This document shows, in pieces, positions 50,337 through 63,450 of a DNA stretch of 64,000 bases (position 1 is its first letter; each line of letters starts with the position of its first letter). The DNA is from Vicugna vicugna (lineage: Eukaryota): NCBI GenBank assembly GCA_013265495.1, contig PNXW01005189.1, positions 1 through 64,000 of the forward strand. Reading direction: 5' to 3'. Made by a program: the position numbers and the translations under genes. The notes under the pieces were generated by a model. It was given only the letters and a program-made list of their open reading frames with translations. It did not search any database and was not told where the DNA came from.

Positions 50337-50851
50337 TGTAATTGGGAAGAACAAATCTGACTCCATATTAGATCTGTCCCTTTAGCTCTAACCCTGTGCT
50401 CTGTTTCCTGTGCTGAGTCCTGCTGACTCTGCACCTTTTGTAAAAGGATGTTGCGTATGCCTGAAATATACAAGATGGCCCGCTCTCAAGGTCTGACAGT
50501 TAAGATTATAACACCTTCCTGTTCATACAAAGATAAAAAGTTGCAAAATAGAAAATAACATTTGTCTCGTTGGAGGTTTACAGGGACACCATGACCTGAC
50601 CTACATGGACGGCTGCAAGAACAAAGGATTCTGACACCAAGAATTTTGCAATAACCAATCACACCCTCTCCTTTTTAGTATATATGGAGCCTGAATTCTG
50701 ACTTGAGGAAGATGGTTCTCCAGGACAGTAGTCTGCTATCTTCTCTATCTGCTGGCTTTCTAAATAAAGTCATTATTCCTTGCCCCAACACCTCATCTCC
50801 CAATTTATTGGCCTGTCATGCAGTGAGCAGATGAGTTTGAACTTGGTAACA
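50337..50851 (+). mobile_element. ERV1-like solo LTR (family B, copy 2)
   Basis: tgtaattggg...ggtaaca termini, AATAAA at about 50763, flanks agcc/agac. Confidence 0.85.
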
Positions 50852-51439
50852 AGACAACTATCTTTTTATTCCTTGCCAAATTTTTCTATGGTCTAATATT
50901 TGCATATTGTGACTATTTTTGCACTTTTATCTAAATAATAGTACATTTTAGGTAAATAGCAAACTTTTGAGATGAAGATTTTGTTTTTAACCTGTTTTAC
51001 TGGAGAAATATTATAAGATTAGTTTGAAGGTAAATGATTATATTGTGGTAGTTCAATTTTTTTTTCCCTCAACACTAAATTTCTCAGTAATCTGGCATTG
51101 TTTTGTCAAATGATTGGGCAAATAACACTCAAAAATAGTAGCTCCTCTGCTTCTTAGGACAATAGCCATAAGACTTTAAAATAATTAAACAACACCAGTG
51201 GGAAAACATCCAGCAGTTTTCTTTAAAACTGACATGTAGGACTAGGTCTATTACTCTATATCTAGTAGGAGAGAAGAGAGAACTATTAATTCTATCTTAA
51301 TTTGTATAGAATATTACAAAATTATTTTACAGTATTCTCCATTAAATTTTTTAGGAATCTTTGGAAATATCATTAGCATAAGACTGAAATATATTAAGTA
51401 GTCCAATTCACTACTTGTGTAACATAAATTAGGAGAGCA

Positions 51440-51560
51440 TTATCAAAGTTTAAATTTATAGGTGAGGAAACCAAGGCTACAGAGTAACTTTCTTGCCAAA
51501 GACCTAGGGGACTGTGAACAGCAAACCCAGCACTGGAATCCACATCGTCTGGTGCCCAGT
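51440..51560 (-). mobile_element. MIR fragment
   Basis: ttttataggtgaggaaaccaaggctacagag...cttgccaaagacc. Confidence 0.55.
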
Positions 51561-51863
51561 GATTTCTTTTCAAGGAAAATCTTCCACAAATTGATAAGCT
51601 GGTGTTAATGGACCATTAGGAAATTGAAAACCATCGTAGAATTTCTTCAAGAATCTCTATGATGGTCTCAGGCTGAAATCAAACGGGTTGACCATTAAGA
51701 TGTCTTGGGGACAATTCCTGGGACAATATGATCTTCAAGTCTCAACATTTTTCCCAGTGACATTTGGTGATAAGATTTAGGCACTTCAAGTGCCCAAGAT
51801 GCAGCTACTCTCTGAAGAGAATGGCTTTTGAAGACCCCATGCAGCCTAAATCTCAACATCAAA

Positions 51864-51992
51864 GCAGTGGTTCCCAAGCTTCATTTAGCACGCGCATAAG
51901 AAAGCAGAGTCTGACTGAGGGGCAGCACCCGGAAATCTGCATGTTAAACAGGCACTCAGAGTGAAAGTACTCCAGGTGATCCAGGGACTGCT
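51864..51992. mobile_element. MER5A-like fragment
   Basis: cagtggttcccaagct...gtctgactgaggggc...aatctgcatgttaaacaggc...ccaggtgat. Confidence 0.5.
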
Positions 51993-53663
51993 AAATAGAT
52001 TTTGAATTATTTTAGGCAATTATTTAGATGGAAGAATATAGCAAATGAAGTAGGTCCATTATTAGGCATCACTTATAAATAACTTGTGTTTCATTTACCC
52101 ACCAAACTGATTCCTAGAGCAGAGAGAATGGTCTTCCACACACATGGCCAGACCAGTTAGCCTCACTGCTGACCTAACGGGACAGCTTTTAGATGAGGTT
52201 TGCAGCTGAATTTTCAAGGCCCACTCAGTCCTTGGACTCTCTGCTTTGCCTGCCAACAAAGGGCCCAATCAGTGAAGATGGTTTCAGCACTTTTTTCAGA
52301 GACAAATCCTTTCCCATGAGGGAATTATTTAAGCCCACCAACATACTTTGAATAACATGAGCAATCAATGCTAAGAGGGGCCAAAGATTCTGACTGTGGG
52401 CTGCAGGAAAACAAAGCAATTCATCTTTCGTCGAGAAGTGAACGGTTGGCCCATGTGGGTAGGGTCTTGAGCAAAGTAGAATTAAACTTTGGGAAGGTGA
52501 TCTCACAAAGAAGGCAAAGTTGTTTGTGTGTTTTGACTGTGATGATAACACTGAACTGGTACAAAATAAAAATGTACCCAAATAATGTAGTATATATTCA
52601 TTCAAGGCTGTTATGAAAACAACACAAAATGAAGAAATCTAGCTACATAAAAGGGGAAACAAAATGTAATCTTTTACTCTAAATTTTCATAGCAGTATCT
52701 TATAAAATCTTTGTGTTATGAGAAGGTTTTAATCTATCACCCAACTCCTAAGTTGCCCATTGAAAGTACATTTTTATTGAATTGCATTTAAATTATTTAG
52801 CCGTTTTTATGGGCATAAGGTAATCAGATACATAATGTATCACGCAGCTCCCCAAACGTCCCTGACGGATGCTGTCTTTCTGCTAATTAAATCTCCACTA
52901 CAGTTAGGAGGGGAGAAAAAGGTTTGAGGTTTATTTTTTTTTTCCCTTTCTTCCTTTTTTTTTTTTTAAATGCTCTGTTCCTTTTCTTTAAAAGGAAAAT
53001 TAAAGGTCAGCTGTTAATTAGCCACTTTTGAAAAGTATTCATTAATATTATATAAATTACTGCCTACAAATCCAATTAAATTCTTAGGTCATATTGGAAC
53101 TAAATAGATGATTTAATTTTCAGGGCACATTATAAAATGAGGTCTATAGGAGAAATCAATACAGACACAGCAAAGGGCTAAGCTCTAAGAGTGTGTGTGT
53201 CTATGAGGATCTGCAGGTTTTCTACAGATTTGTTCAGGAGCTAAGTTCTACTATGGCTAATTAGAAGTACACTGGATGCTAAATAAGGTAACCTTCTGGG
53301 TTGCCACTGAGACCAACAAGCAAAATTTGCCTTAGAGGTACCACAGTGGTTTTAAAAAATGAACAAATAGGGGGAATGGGGAAAACAAACAAATACAGAA
53401 ATTTAGAAATGCTTATATCTGAATGCAAGAAATGTGTACCCCAATTCATTAATTTAGGCCTTCTGAAAATTTTCAGTTGCCCAGAATGGAGTATGCATTA
53501 ATAGTATAAAGGATAATCAAATTATATCAATGTAGTAGAAAAAATTGGATATTTAAAGGAAAGACAGAATAAAGAATTTCTTATTCTCTAAATTATCTTT
53601 GGCTAAATGATTTTCAATGCTTATTCTGACTTGTGGACCCCAATATATTCTGGTCTCAGAGAA

Positions 53664-54106
53664 TGTATTAGTTTTCTAGGGCTGTCATTACCAAATAGCA
53701 CAGATGGGGTGGCTTAAACAGCAAGAATGTATACTCTCATCATTTTGCAGGCTGGAAGTCCAAGATCGAGGCGATGGTCCAAATGCACCAAGAGCACAAG
53801 GTGTACCATGTCTAAGAACCGGCGTCCTCTGAGGCCTCTCCCCTTGCCTTGCAGACGACCATCCCCTTGCTATCTCTACTTGTGGTCTTTTCTTGGTTAT
53901 CTTTCATCCCTGGGGTCCCCCCTGTGTGTTTTAATCTCTTTTTGTAAGAGCACCAGTCAGATTGGATTAGGGCCCACTGTAAAGACCTCATTTTAGTTTA
54001 ATCACTTCTTAAAGGATCCTATTTCTAAATAAGGTCTTATTCTGCTATACTGGGAGTTAGGTCTGCAACATACAAATTTTGGAGAATTACAATTCAGCTC
54101 ATAACA
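53664..54106 (-). mobile_element. MaLR LTR (MLT1B/C-like), near full length
   Basis: tgtattagttttctagggctg...ggcttaaacagcaagaatgtat...ggctggaagtccaagatc...ggattagggccc...caattcagctcataaca. Confidence 0.9.
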
Positions 54107-54189
54107 GACGAGTACCATGGTATATTACAAAGGGCACTTCTGGTCACTTAGACGTAGTATGTGGCATGACTGAGGAATTATTCTGAGAC

Positions 54190-54420
54190 TCTACGCAGCA
54201 TAACATAGTGATTTAATTCGTGGAGTTTTAATTAACAAGTAGAGTCAAATTCTAACTCACTCATTTACAAGTTGAAAATGCTGCAACATGTTGTTTAACT
54301 TCATTGAGTTTCAATTTCATTATCTAAATATTAAATGTTTCTGAAGATTTAATGATTAAATAAAATGTTTAAAGCATTTAGATTGTTGCACGAAACAAAG
54401 AAGTGCCAATAAATTGCTAC
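54190..54420 (+). mobile_element. MIR SINE
   Basis: gcagcataacatagtgattta...tttaacttcattgagtttcaatttcattatctaaat...aaagcatttag...caataaattg. Confidence 0.6.
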
Positions 54421-54444
54421 TCATTTTTAAAAAAGAAAAAAAAA

Positions 54445-56700
54445 AGCTTTGTGAGGCCAATTTACACACTATAAAATTTACTCTTAGTATATGTACAATT
54501 CAATGATTTTTAAAACAAATTTACAAAGTTATGCAACCATCACCACAATCCCGTTCTATAAAATCTTCATTTTCCTAAAAAGATTTTTTATGCTTTTTTG
54601 AAGTCATATCTTATACATATTCTCAAGTCTCTCTAGATTTAGCTTTTCTGGGCTCTTCATATAAATGGACACATAGAATATATATTGTTTTTGCATTCAG
54701 CTTTTTCACTTAGCATCACATATTTGAGATTCATCTATATTGTAACATGTACTAGTAGTTTGTTCCTTTTTATTTCTGAATAAAATCCCATTTTATGGGT
54801 ATATGACATTTTGTTTATTTGTTCATCAGCTGATGGACATTTGAGTTGTTTCCACATTTTTGGCTACTGTGAATGCTCATGTACAAGTTTGTGTGTGGAC
54901 ATAACGTTTTTATTTTTCTTGGCAGATTCCTAGAACAAATATGGCAGAGTTGTATGATAAAATGTTGCTTGACATTTAAAAAATTTTTTTAATTAAAAAG
55001 AAATTTAAAAATTCCAAATTTTTTCCAATGTAACTGTACCATTTTACATTCCCACCAGCAATATATGTGTGTTCCAGTTTCTCTCCATCCTCCCCAATAC
55101 TTGTTATTATCTGCATTGTAGTCATTCCATTCTAGTGGATGTAAAGTGATGCCTTATTGTGGTTTAAATTTTAATTTCCCTAATGAGTAATGATGTTGAA
55201 CGTCTTTTAATGTTTTTGTTAATTATTCTCTTTGTCCTTTAAGAAAATGTCTATTCAAACTTTCTGCCATTAAAAAAATAGGTGTTCATTTTTTTACTGT
55301 GGTCCAATCGTTTCTTATCTTTCTAAATATTGGCGATAATTCCTTTGCCAGATATATGATTTACAAATATCTTTTATCTCAATGTGTGATGTGCCTTGTC
55401 TTTTCATTCTCTTTGTGGTGACTTTTGAAATGCAAAGTGCTTAATTTTGAGATTGTCCAATTTGCTGTATTTTTCCTTTATGAATCCTACTTTTGCTTCC
55501 ATGCCTAAGAAATCTTTACCTCCCCGAGGTATAAAGATTTTCTCCTATGACTTCTAAAAGTTTCATAACTTTAGCTAGATATTGAATCTATTTAGGTGTG
55601 TAATCTATTTTGAGTTAATATTTGTACATAGCGTGATGTAAGGATTTAAGCTTACCTTTTTATGTGTGGATATCTGTCTCAGTACAATAAGTTGAAAAGA
55701 TTATACTTTGCTCATGAAATTACTATGACACTTCCATCAGAAGTATCAATTGGCCATAAATATGAGTTAGTTTTAGACTCTCAGTTCTGTTGTATTGATC
55801 TTTCTGTCTTAAGCCAGTAACATACTGTCTTAGTTATTGTAGCTATACAGTATATTCTAAAGTTGGAAAAAAATTAGTCCTCCAGATTTGTTCTTCAAAA
55901 TTGCTTTGACATTTTGGGTTCTTTCTATTTTCATATAAGTTTAGATCAGGTGACCAACTTCTGCAAAGAAGCCTGCTGAGATTTTGATGGGGATTGCACT
56001 GAAACTAGTCATCAGTTTGGGAAGAACTGCCATCTTCAGGCTATTGACAATTCCAATTCTTGAACATAGAATGCCATTCCATTGATATAAAACCTCTTTA
56101 ATTTCTCTTAGCAATGTTTGTAGTTTTCAGTGTATAAGATTTGCCTTTTTTATTTCTTAATTTTAATCCCAAGTATTTACTTTTTTGGTGCTATTTTGAA
56201 TGAACTTATTTTCCAATTTCAGTTTTGAATTTTTCTCCGCTAGCATGTAGAAATACAATTGATGTTTAATATTAACCTTGTGTTCTGCAATTTTTACTAA
56301 ATTCATTTATTCTTTCTTTTTTTGAGGAGGAAGGAGTCTTTAGGATTTTCTCAGTACAAGGTTATATCATCCATGAAGAAAGACAGTTTCACTTCTTGTT
56401 TTCTGATTTTGTTGCATTTTGTTGCCTGATTGTACTGACTGGAGTGTCTAATACAATATTAAATAGAAGTAGTGAGAACTGAAATCCTGGCTGAATTTAG
56501 GGGGAAATATTCAATATTTAACCATTAAGTGTAATTTTAGCTGCATGGTTTTTGTAAATGACTTTTTGTCAGGTTGAAGGAATTTCCTTCTATTCCTAGT
56601 TTGTTGAGAATTTTTTATTATTAATGAGTGTTGAATTTTGTCAAATGATTTTCCCACATCGAGATTATCATGTGGCTCTTAACCTTTGTTTTATTTCAAT
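54445..56700 (-). mobile_element. L1 (L1MA/L1MB-like) 3' UTR plus ORF2 end, antisense
   Basis: gtacaattcaatgattttt...gttatgcaaccatcaccacaatcc; gatggacatttgagttgtttcca; accattttacattcccaccagcaat; tttccttctattcctagtttgttgaga. Confidence 0.9.
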
Positions 56701-57432
56701 GTCACGAATTTTGGGTGGGTATGGAAGAATTCTCAGGTTAATTAAAACATCAAACCTTCCCTCTTTTCACTAAGATTCAATGGTTTTATTGAATAAATTC
56801 TTCTCAAGTCACTGTTTGCCCTTTGTCAGTGTCCAGAGTCCAAAAATTGCTGTTTTCAAAATTTTTCCTAGTTTTATTATAGCTTTTTAAAGAAAGGATT
56901 TGCTGTGTTTAACATACAGCCATGTCAGAAGTCACCCCCTACCACCACTTAGCTATTATTCTTGATCCAATTATTCATGTTAGACTTAAAATTTTTTTCT
57001 TCTGTAGAATAGGATGACTAACCCTCCATTGGGTTGTTGGGAAGGTTAGATGTGTAATATGTTGGCAAGTGTGCCCTGTACCACATTGTACATAGCACAG
57101 TCAATAAATATTAATTGCATTTGAGGGTTAGGTGTATGTTAAGAGAAGAGGGTCATTAAGAGGTGACTGAAAAGTGTTTTGGGGACTTCAGTATAACTCA
57201 GGGAGCTCTTTCATCTCCCCAGTTGAACTAAAAGAGTAAAAACTCAAGTCAATATTTGCTTATGCTTCTTTCTTCTCTGTTCTCTTGGACAGATATTTCA
57301 TATCCTTTTATTTTACATTTCCTTATTAAATCAGGGCTATCTTGTGACAATCTGCCTTTCTTCTCCAGACTCTTTGAACATTTTAATTTCAGCTGCCTCT
57401 TCGTTAATAAGTGTAGGACCGATCTTGATACA

Positions 57433-57666
57433 CAATTGACCCTTGCAAAATAGGGGTTTAAATTGTGCAGGTTTACTTATATGCAAATTTTTTTCAATTG
57501 TCAATACTACCGTACTACAGGATCTGTGGTTGGTTGAATCCACGGATTCAGAACTGAGGATAAGGAAGACGTGTGCAAAAGGAGACCTGGCTCTAAGTGA
57601 TATATGGATTTTTCAATGTCATGGAGGTTGGTGCCCCTAACACCTGCATTGTTCAACGGTCAACTG
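57433..57666. mobile_element. MER8-like Tigger (TcMar) non-autonomous DNA transposon
   Basis: Imperfect terminal inverted repeats caattgacccttgcaaaa / ttgttcaacggtcaactg, TA at the 3' flank, 234 bp. Confidence 0.85.
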
Positions 57667-59642
57667 TAAATCTTAGTTACTGAGGTCTTTTGAAAAGGCC
57701 CATAGCAATACCTGAGGTACCAACTTACCATGATAGCAAAGTGTTATTCCTTATGAATAGATTTTGTGTATCACAAATAATCTAACATCAGTCAGCAGGC
57801 AATAAAGACCCTGGTAAGTCCAGATAAAATCAAATTTGCTGTCTTCAAGTTTATTTTTGCCTCCTTTCTCTTAAGAATTTAGTTTCTTGATGTAGAATAT
57901 GTTTTGTTATGGTATGTGTATTGGAATAATGGTGAACATGCAGTGAATTAAATGGTGGGGAAAGAACTAAACCTTTATACAAAAATTTTGTATGAATTGA
58001 ACTAGGATTCAGCCCTATCTAGCAAGATACCATAACTAACCATTGTGGGATCAACACAATGTTCTGGACTTCTCTAAAATAGGCTGTTCTCTGTCTTCTT
58101 GCCTTAAATTACTCATTAGTCCAATTCAGTGCCCATAGAAATGGCTTCTAGTGGGGAAGATGTTACCCTGGTAGTGATACTACATTTATTTCATATAGAT
58201 ATAGATATTGGTAGCTATAATTTAAAAATATCCCAGCAGAAAAAAAAGGTAAACAAATACATAAAATGTAGGAAGGAAATATAATAAAAATGACAATCTG
58301 AGTTGGCTATTTTTTTTATCATGCATATATATCTTGATCTATTCTTTATTCCATTCTCTCTCTCTCTCCTCTTTTCATAACTGTTCTCATTTTATTGTCT
58401 CTTATTTCTCATATCACCTTTTCTCATCATGTTTCTGTGCCACTACCCTACTTTTCCCCTGCACTCATGTCTCTCTTCATTTCTTCTCCACAACGTGCCT
58501 CACTCACACTTTGCTTCTCTTTGTCTTTTCTGTACCATTTCTGTACCACGTCCAAGCGTACTGGGAGCAGTTTACACTCCTCAAATAACCCACTTGAAGA
58601 AGCGGCTAATGTTATCCTTCTAATAAAGAATTTCAATCATAGTTGTCATAAATATCTCAAAGATGATTCTCTCTGCATTTTCATTAGAGCCAGGGCTTTG
58701 TTTGGTGTTTTGGTTTTAAACAAACACTTGTCCCAGCAGTGCAGCTCACCAATATAGAGCAGAATTACAATGTACTTCCAGCCAAATTCAGTTTATTGTC
58801 AATTTCAGTAGTGTTTCTTATGGTGGCAATTATTCTCTGTAAGCCTGCAAGCGAGCGGCAGAAAACTGAAATCATCAAAGAGTTTTTATCTGCAGCAATT
58901 CCAGAAATGGCAGGTAGCTGATAGTTTAAACTTTAGTTCTCTGCAGTGGAATAGTGCAAATAGAAGAATGCCATCTGCCTGCTCCTGGAGGCTTGCTGAA
59001 AATATACTCAAGTTAATAAAGGTTTTGGGGGTGATATTCAATGACTTTGCACTGGGGGCTCTGGCATATCTATGACCCTGTGCTGCTGCCCTGGACACTC
59101 ATGAGATAAATTTCACATTAGAATGACAATTTTTTTTAATGTATGAATTAGATACTTGGATGTTTCCTTCAATTTTCTAATTACTTAGAGTGAGGTCTTG
59201 GTCTTCTAATGTGCATTCCTTGATTTAACCTGAAAAACAGGGTGACAGCGGAGTTACACGAACAGGAGCAAATATTAAAGTGAGCAACCAGCTTTGAGTT
59301 TATTTTTCAGAGAATTCACAGGAGATTAGATCAAAGAATGATTGTAAAATACCACCCAGCTACCACTTTCTGCAAATGTTCTAAAAGAAAAAAAATGTTT
59401 TCCTTATTTCTTTGATCGTTAATGCAACCAGTATTTGTTGCTCTTACTTGCCATGCTGTGGAAATACGGCAGTGAGAAAAGTCCTGAGTTCAAAACAGCG
59501 ACCGGGATGGAAATGCTCTCTTGTAGCTTATATTCCAGCATAGAAGAGTATTAATAACACAATTTCTTAAGTAAAATTTTAATAAGTATACAAAGGAGTC
59601 GAGTACATGGAGAGTGCTATGAAGAGATAAAATAGGGTAACA

Positions 59643-60040
59643 TGTTCTGAATATTTGTGTTTCCCCCAAAATTCATCTGTTAGGTTCCGAATGCCCGGTG
59701 TGATGGGCCTTTGGTAAATGATCAGGTCGTAAGGAGGGAGCCCTCAGAGATGGGGTTAGTGCCATTATAAAAAAGGGCCTGAGACAAACCTCGCTACTTT
59801 CATCAAGTGAGGACACGGTGAGAAGTCAGCAGGCTGCCAGCTTTCACAAGAGATGCTGGCACACTCATCTCTGACTATAGTCTTCAGAACCGTGGGAAAA
59901 ACATTTCCATTATTTACAAGCTACCCAGTCTGTGGTAATTTGTTTTAATATCTCAAATAGGGAGAGAAGGAGAAAAAAGATTTAGAGTGATTACATAAAA
60001 AAAAAATTAAAAAAAAAAATCTCAAATAGGCTCAAACCCA
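59643..60040 (+). mobile_element. MaLR LTR (MLT1A-like)
   Basis: tctgaatatttgtgtttcccccaaaattcat...ggagccctc...gggttagtgccattataaaa...agctacccagtctgtggtaatttgtt. Confidence 0.8.
59962..60018 (+). mobile_element. Tiny poly(A)-tailed retroposed insert
   Basis: About 35 nt of unique sequence plus an A-tail, flanked by TSD atctcaaatagg (59950-59961, 60019-60030). Confidence 0.7.
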
Positions 60041-63000
60041 AGGGAACCTACTCTAGAAACTTCCTTAAGGGATTTGATGAACCATAAAAGATGATTTGGA
60101 ATTCACTCAGGAAATGAGGAGGAAGTGTAGAAAGATCAGTCCAGGCTGAGTGGACAGAGTCCTAAAATAGTGAAAAACAGAGAATATTCAAAGACCAGAA
60201 AGAAAGCCCATGTAGTCAGAATGCAGAGTAAGGAAGGAGTTTGCTCAAGATGAGTTTGGTGAGGGAAGCACAGTTAGATTATGCAGAGATTTGTAGTTTG
60301 GGTCAAATAGTTTGATTTGTAGTTTAAGAACAAAGGAAATCTTTTTGAGGTTTTCAAACAAAAGAGTAACATGGTTTGATCTTTCGAAATAACTCAGTCT
60401 GCAATGTAGAGAGTCAATATCTGAGGCCAAGAGTAGATATTAGGAGGCTGATGCTAACTCAACCCAGAGTGGCAACAGAGCTGAGAAGTTATGGGTATTT
60501 TTAAGTGTTCTAAGTGGCAAAGTGACACATACTGGAATGAATGGAATGAGGAGTGGAAGATGCCAAGACTGAGCCCCACGTCTTTGATACGTGTAAGTGG
60601 AGGTGACCAGGTTCAGAATTAGCAGAGATGTTAAGCAAACATCTGGCAATACATGAATTTTAAACTATGAAGCAGTCCAGATTGATGCAAGATATTGGCG
60701 GTGATCAGCGCACATTTGGCCACTGGGTGCATGGCTGAAATCACCTAAGGAGACAGTATGGAGTGAGGTGTGAAGCTTTAGATTCTAGTCTGCAAAAACT
60801 CCAATATTTCAAGTTTGATTAGAGGATGATGAACAGCAAAAGGTACCCTGGCAGAGATGTAGAGGAAGAAACAGGCTAATCTGATTGCTAGGAAGGCAAG
60901 AAACCAAGTATTTCTTATCAGTCATAGGCTGCCAAGATGTTGAAACATCTGCTTGATTCTAATCAGCCTCTTTTCATTTGCTTGACCCTGAAAAAAATGG
61001 GAACAGAGAAAGTGCTCACTTTCCCTCTTGACTATAGGTATTTTTTTTTTTACCTTGTAGGTTAAAAATAATCAGAGTACTATCTGGTTATAAGGAAAGT
61101 CCCTTCTTTATACAAAGGGAACCTGCTAAGTTTAAGCACAGTGTTCAGGTCAAGGTAAGGTAAACTGTATTCTTATGATACGTTAATATTAGTGAAATGT
61201 GTGTCATATAATCAGACACTGACTGTGCTTGTACCAGTACTGTGTTCTCTTAGAGGGATGTGTTAATCTGAAATGCTTACTTTTGATACGTAATTTTGAT
61301 TTCAATGAGGTTTACCTAATATACATTACCTAGTGAGGATTCTATAGGTTAAATTTTTATTTTGATAATAAAAATAATTTTATTTTTATAATTTATTATA
61401 ATAATTAAATTATAGCTATTTTTATATTATAGTAATAATAATATAGTCTCATCCATATTCACAATGACAAAAAGAAAAATATATATACATTCATATATTA
61501 TATATAAGAGCATGTTATGTGAAATATATCTCAATATTTTAAACCTCTACATGGGAATTAAATGTTTATATATATGTATATATATTTTATACTTAGATAT
61601 ATAATGCATTAAGATTTTTTAAATTTTATTTTATTTTTAATTTAATAAGAGATGCAAAATTTACATAACAAAATTCACCACTTTAAAGTGTACACTTATA
61701 TGCATAAAGATATTTTGACTAATAAATGTCAAATCTTTCAGTCAAGATTTGATGAAATCCTTAAAAAAATGTAGCTAACAGAAATGTTTGTGTCTTGATC
61801 TTAACGTCTTTTGTTGCCCCTGATTCTGGTCCTCTTCACTCTCCTTTGGGGAGAACTCTACCAGTCTAAATGGTTTTATGAGATCCTTATACAGATTCTC
61901 AATTCTCTCTTTGTGAATGTTCAAAATTCATACTTTGGATTTCCCTTATTTTTTCTCATAAGCACTGCTGTAGCTGTACCAATGTAAGAGAGATCTAACC
62001 ACTCCTATAATTCGAAGGCATTAATTCTCTATAAATATATGACATTAGTTATCATTGGATTTTGAAATGAGCCATTCAGTGGTGAAAAGTGAAAGCTCTA
62101 AATATTGTTTTCTAGCAATAATATATTTATTGATAGGAAGAGGGAAAAGAAATCTCTGTGCACAAGACTTCCTGTATCACTGCATCAAACTTACAATTTA
62201 CTACAACTATTGGGGATGTTCACTCTACGACTTTCTCTTAGCCATTATATGCAAACTGTACATATTTACCAGTGCTTGAGTTTATATTCCCTACTTTGGA
62301 CTTCATCGACATTCACAAAACTTAAGCAATGGTTATTTTTAATGCAACTATAACAGAAGCTCTCATTCTACTAATTATTGTATTTCAGAGTATAGGGAAC
62401 TTCACAAAAGAGTTGAGTTTTGACCTTAGCAATTTCTTTCCTATGACATTCTTGGCTGATTTTTTTGACAGGAGGTTTATAGGCTCCTTTCCATGAAGCC
62501 TCCAGAAGTAGATTCAGCTGTGGTCATAGATTTATCCTTGACGTTCAGGATCCTTTAAGACATCGAAGCAGAGCTCAGCCCATTTTGAATGGGCTCCTCC
62601 TAAAGGATTTCTGATCAGTCGCTGAAGAATCCTGCTTTATGCGACACATTCCACTGTGTAGGAAGATTTGAAAGAAAGTTAGTATGATGTGGCTTCTTGT
62701 ATGGAAATGACAAATGGCATTTTATATTCAATTCTTTAAAATTTTATGGTGTTCAGTTTCAAATATTTTAAAAGCAATTTGGCTATAAATGAAATAGTCA
62801 CTTTTGATAGTTTCTAGCTTTTTTCACTGATCATTTTAAATCTATCTTTTCAGGCTCTGTCTTTTCTGACTTCCTTTAATAATATTTTTTTTCCTCCCTG
62901 TGACTACAAGTATCTCTGTTCTTACTCTGTTACCTCATTACAGCACTTTATACTTTAGAAAAATGTTTATAATAACTGTTGCTTTTGATTGCCAATCACT

Positions 63001-63209
63001 AAAACCTTGTGAAACACTTGAGGCATCTCCCACTGAACTCAATTAACAGATAAGGAAACCGAGACACACAGAAAGAGTCAAAGTTCTGAAGGCGTCTCTG
63101 GGCTGTGTTATCAGATCCTGGAGCTTTAATTTTCTGGATCTGCAACCTCTGATCAGTGTATGATTCCCGTCTCTGGGAATCACAAATCTTGCTCCCAGGA
63201 CTGATTCCT

Positions 63210-63450
63210 AAGATCATTTAAGCATCTGCTACGTGCTTAACACTAACCTGGGAAAGGTGGACAGAGAGACCAGGCATCTGAACAAGTATATAAACTAAGT
63301 AAGAATCATAAGATTTCTTCTATAAAAAAAATCTAGAATGAACTTCAGTGAGCATAACTACAAAGAATGTTCTCTCCAAGGCTTCTTGGAAGTGGTGATT
63401 CTTATTTAGGTTTCCTGGGAGTAAGGAACATGAATGTGGAAAGGATGGTA
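63210..63450 (-). mobile_element. L2 fragment
   Basis: catttaagcatctgctacgtgc...ggcttcttggaagtggtgattc. Confidence 0.45.

Larger units (their letters stand above)
59410..60950 (-). mobile_element. L2 LINE fragment, interrupted by MLT1A
   Basis: L2 3'-end-like gtatttgttgctcttacttgccatgc and body phrases (gaggttttcaaacaaaagagtaacatggtttgat, ggctgaaatcacctaaggagacagtatggagtgagg). Confidence 0.7.

Noticed and set aside
45595..50851. Two same-orientation LTRs as the ends of one provirus
   Set aside because: No gag/pol/env-like sequence or primer-binding site between them, the copies are visibly diverged, and the second has its own near-matching TSD; they are independent solo LTRs.
58334..58757. 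Cluster of overlapping ORFs
   Set aside because: Pyrimidine-rich low-complexity sequence that is depleted of stop codons by composition.
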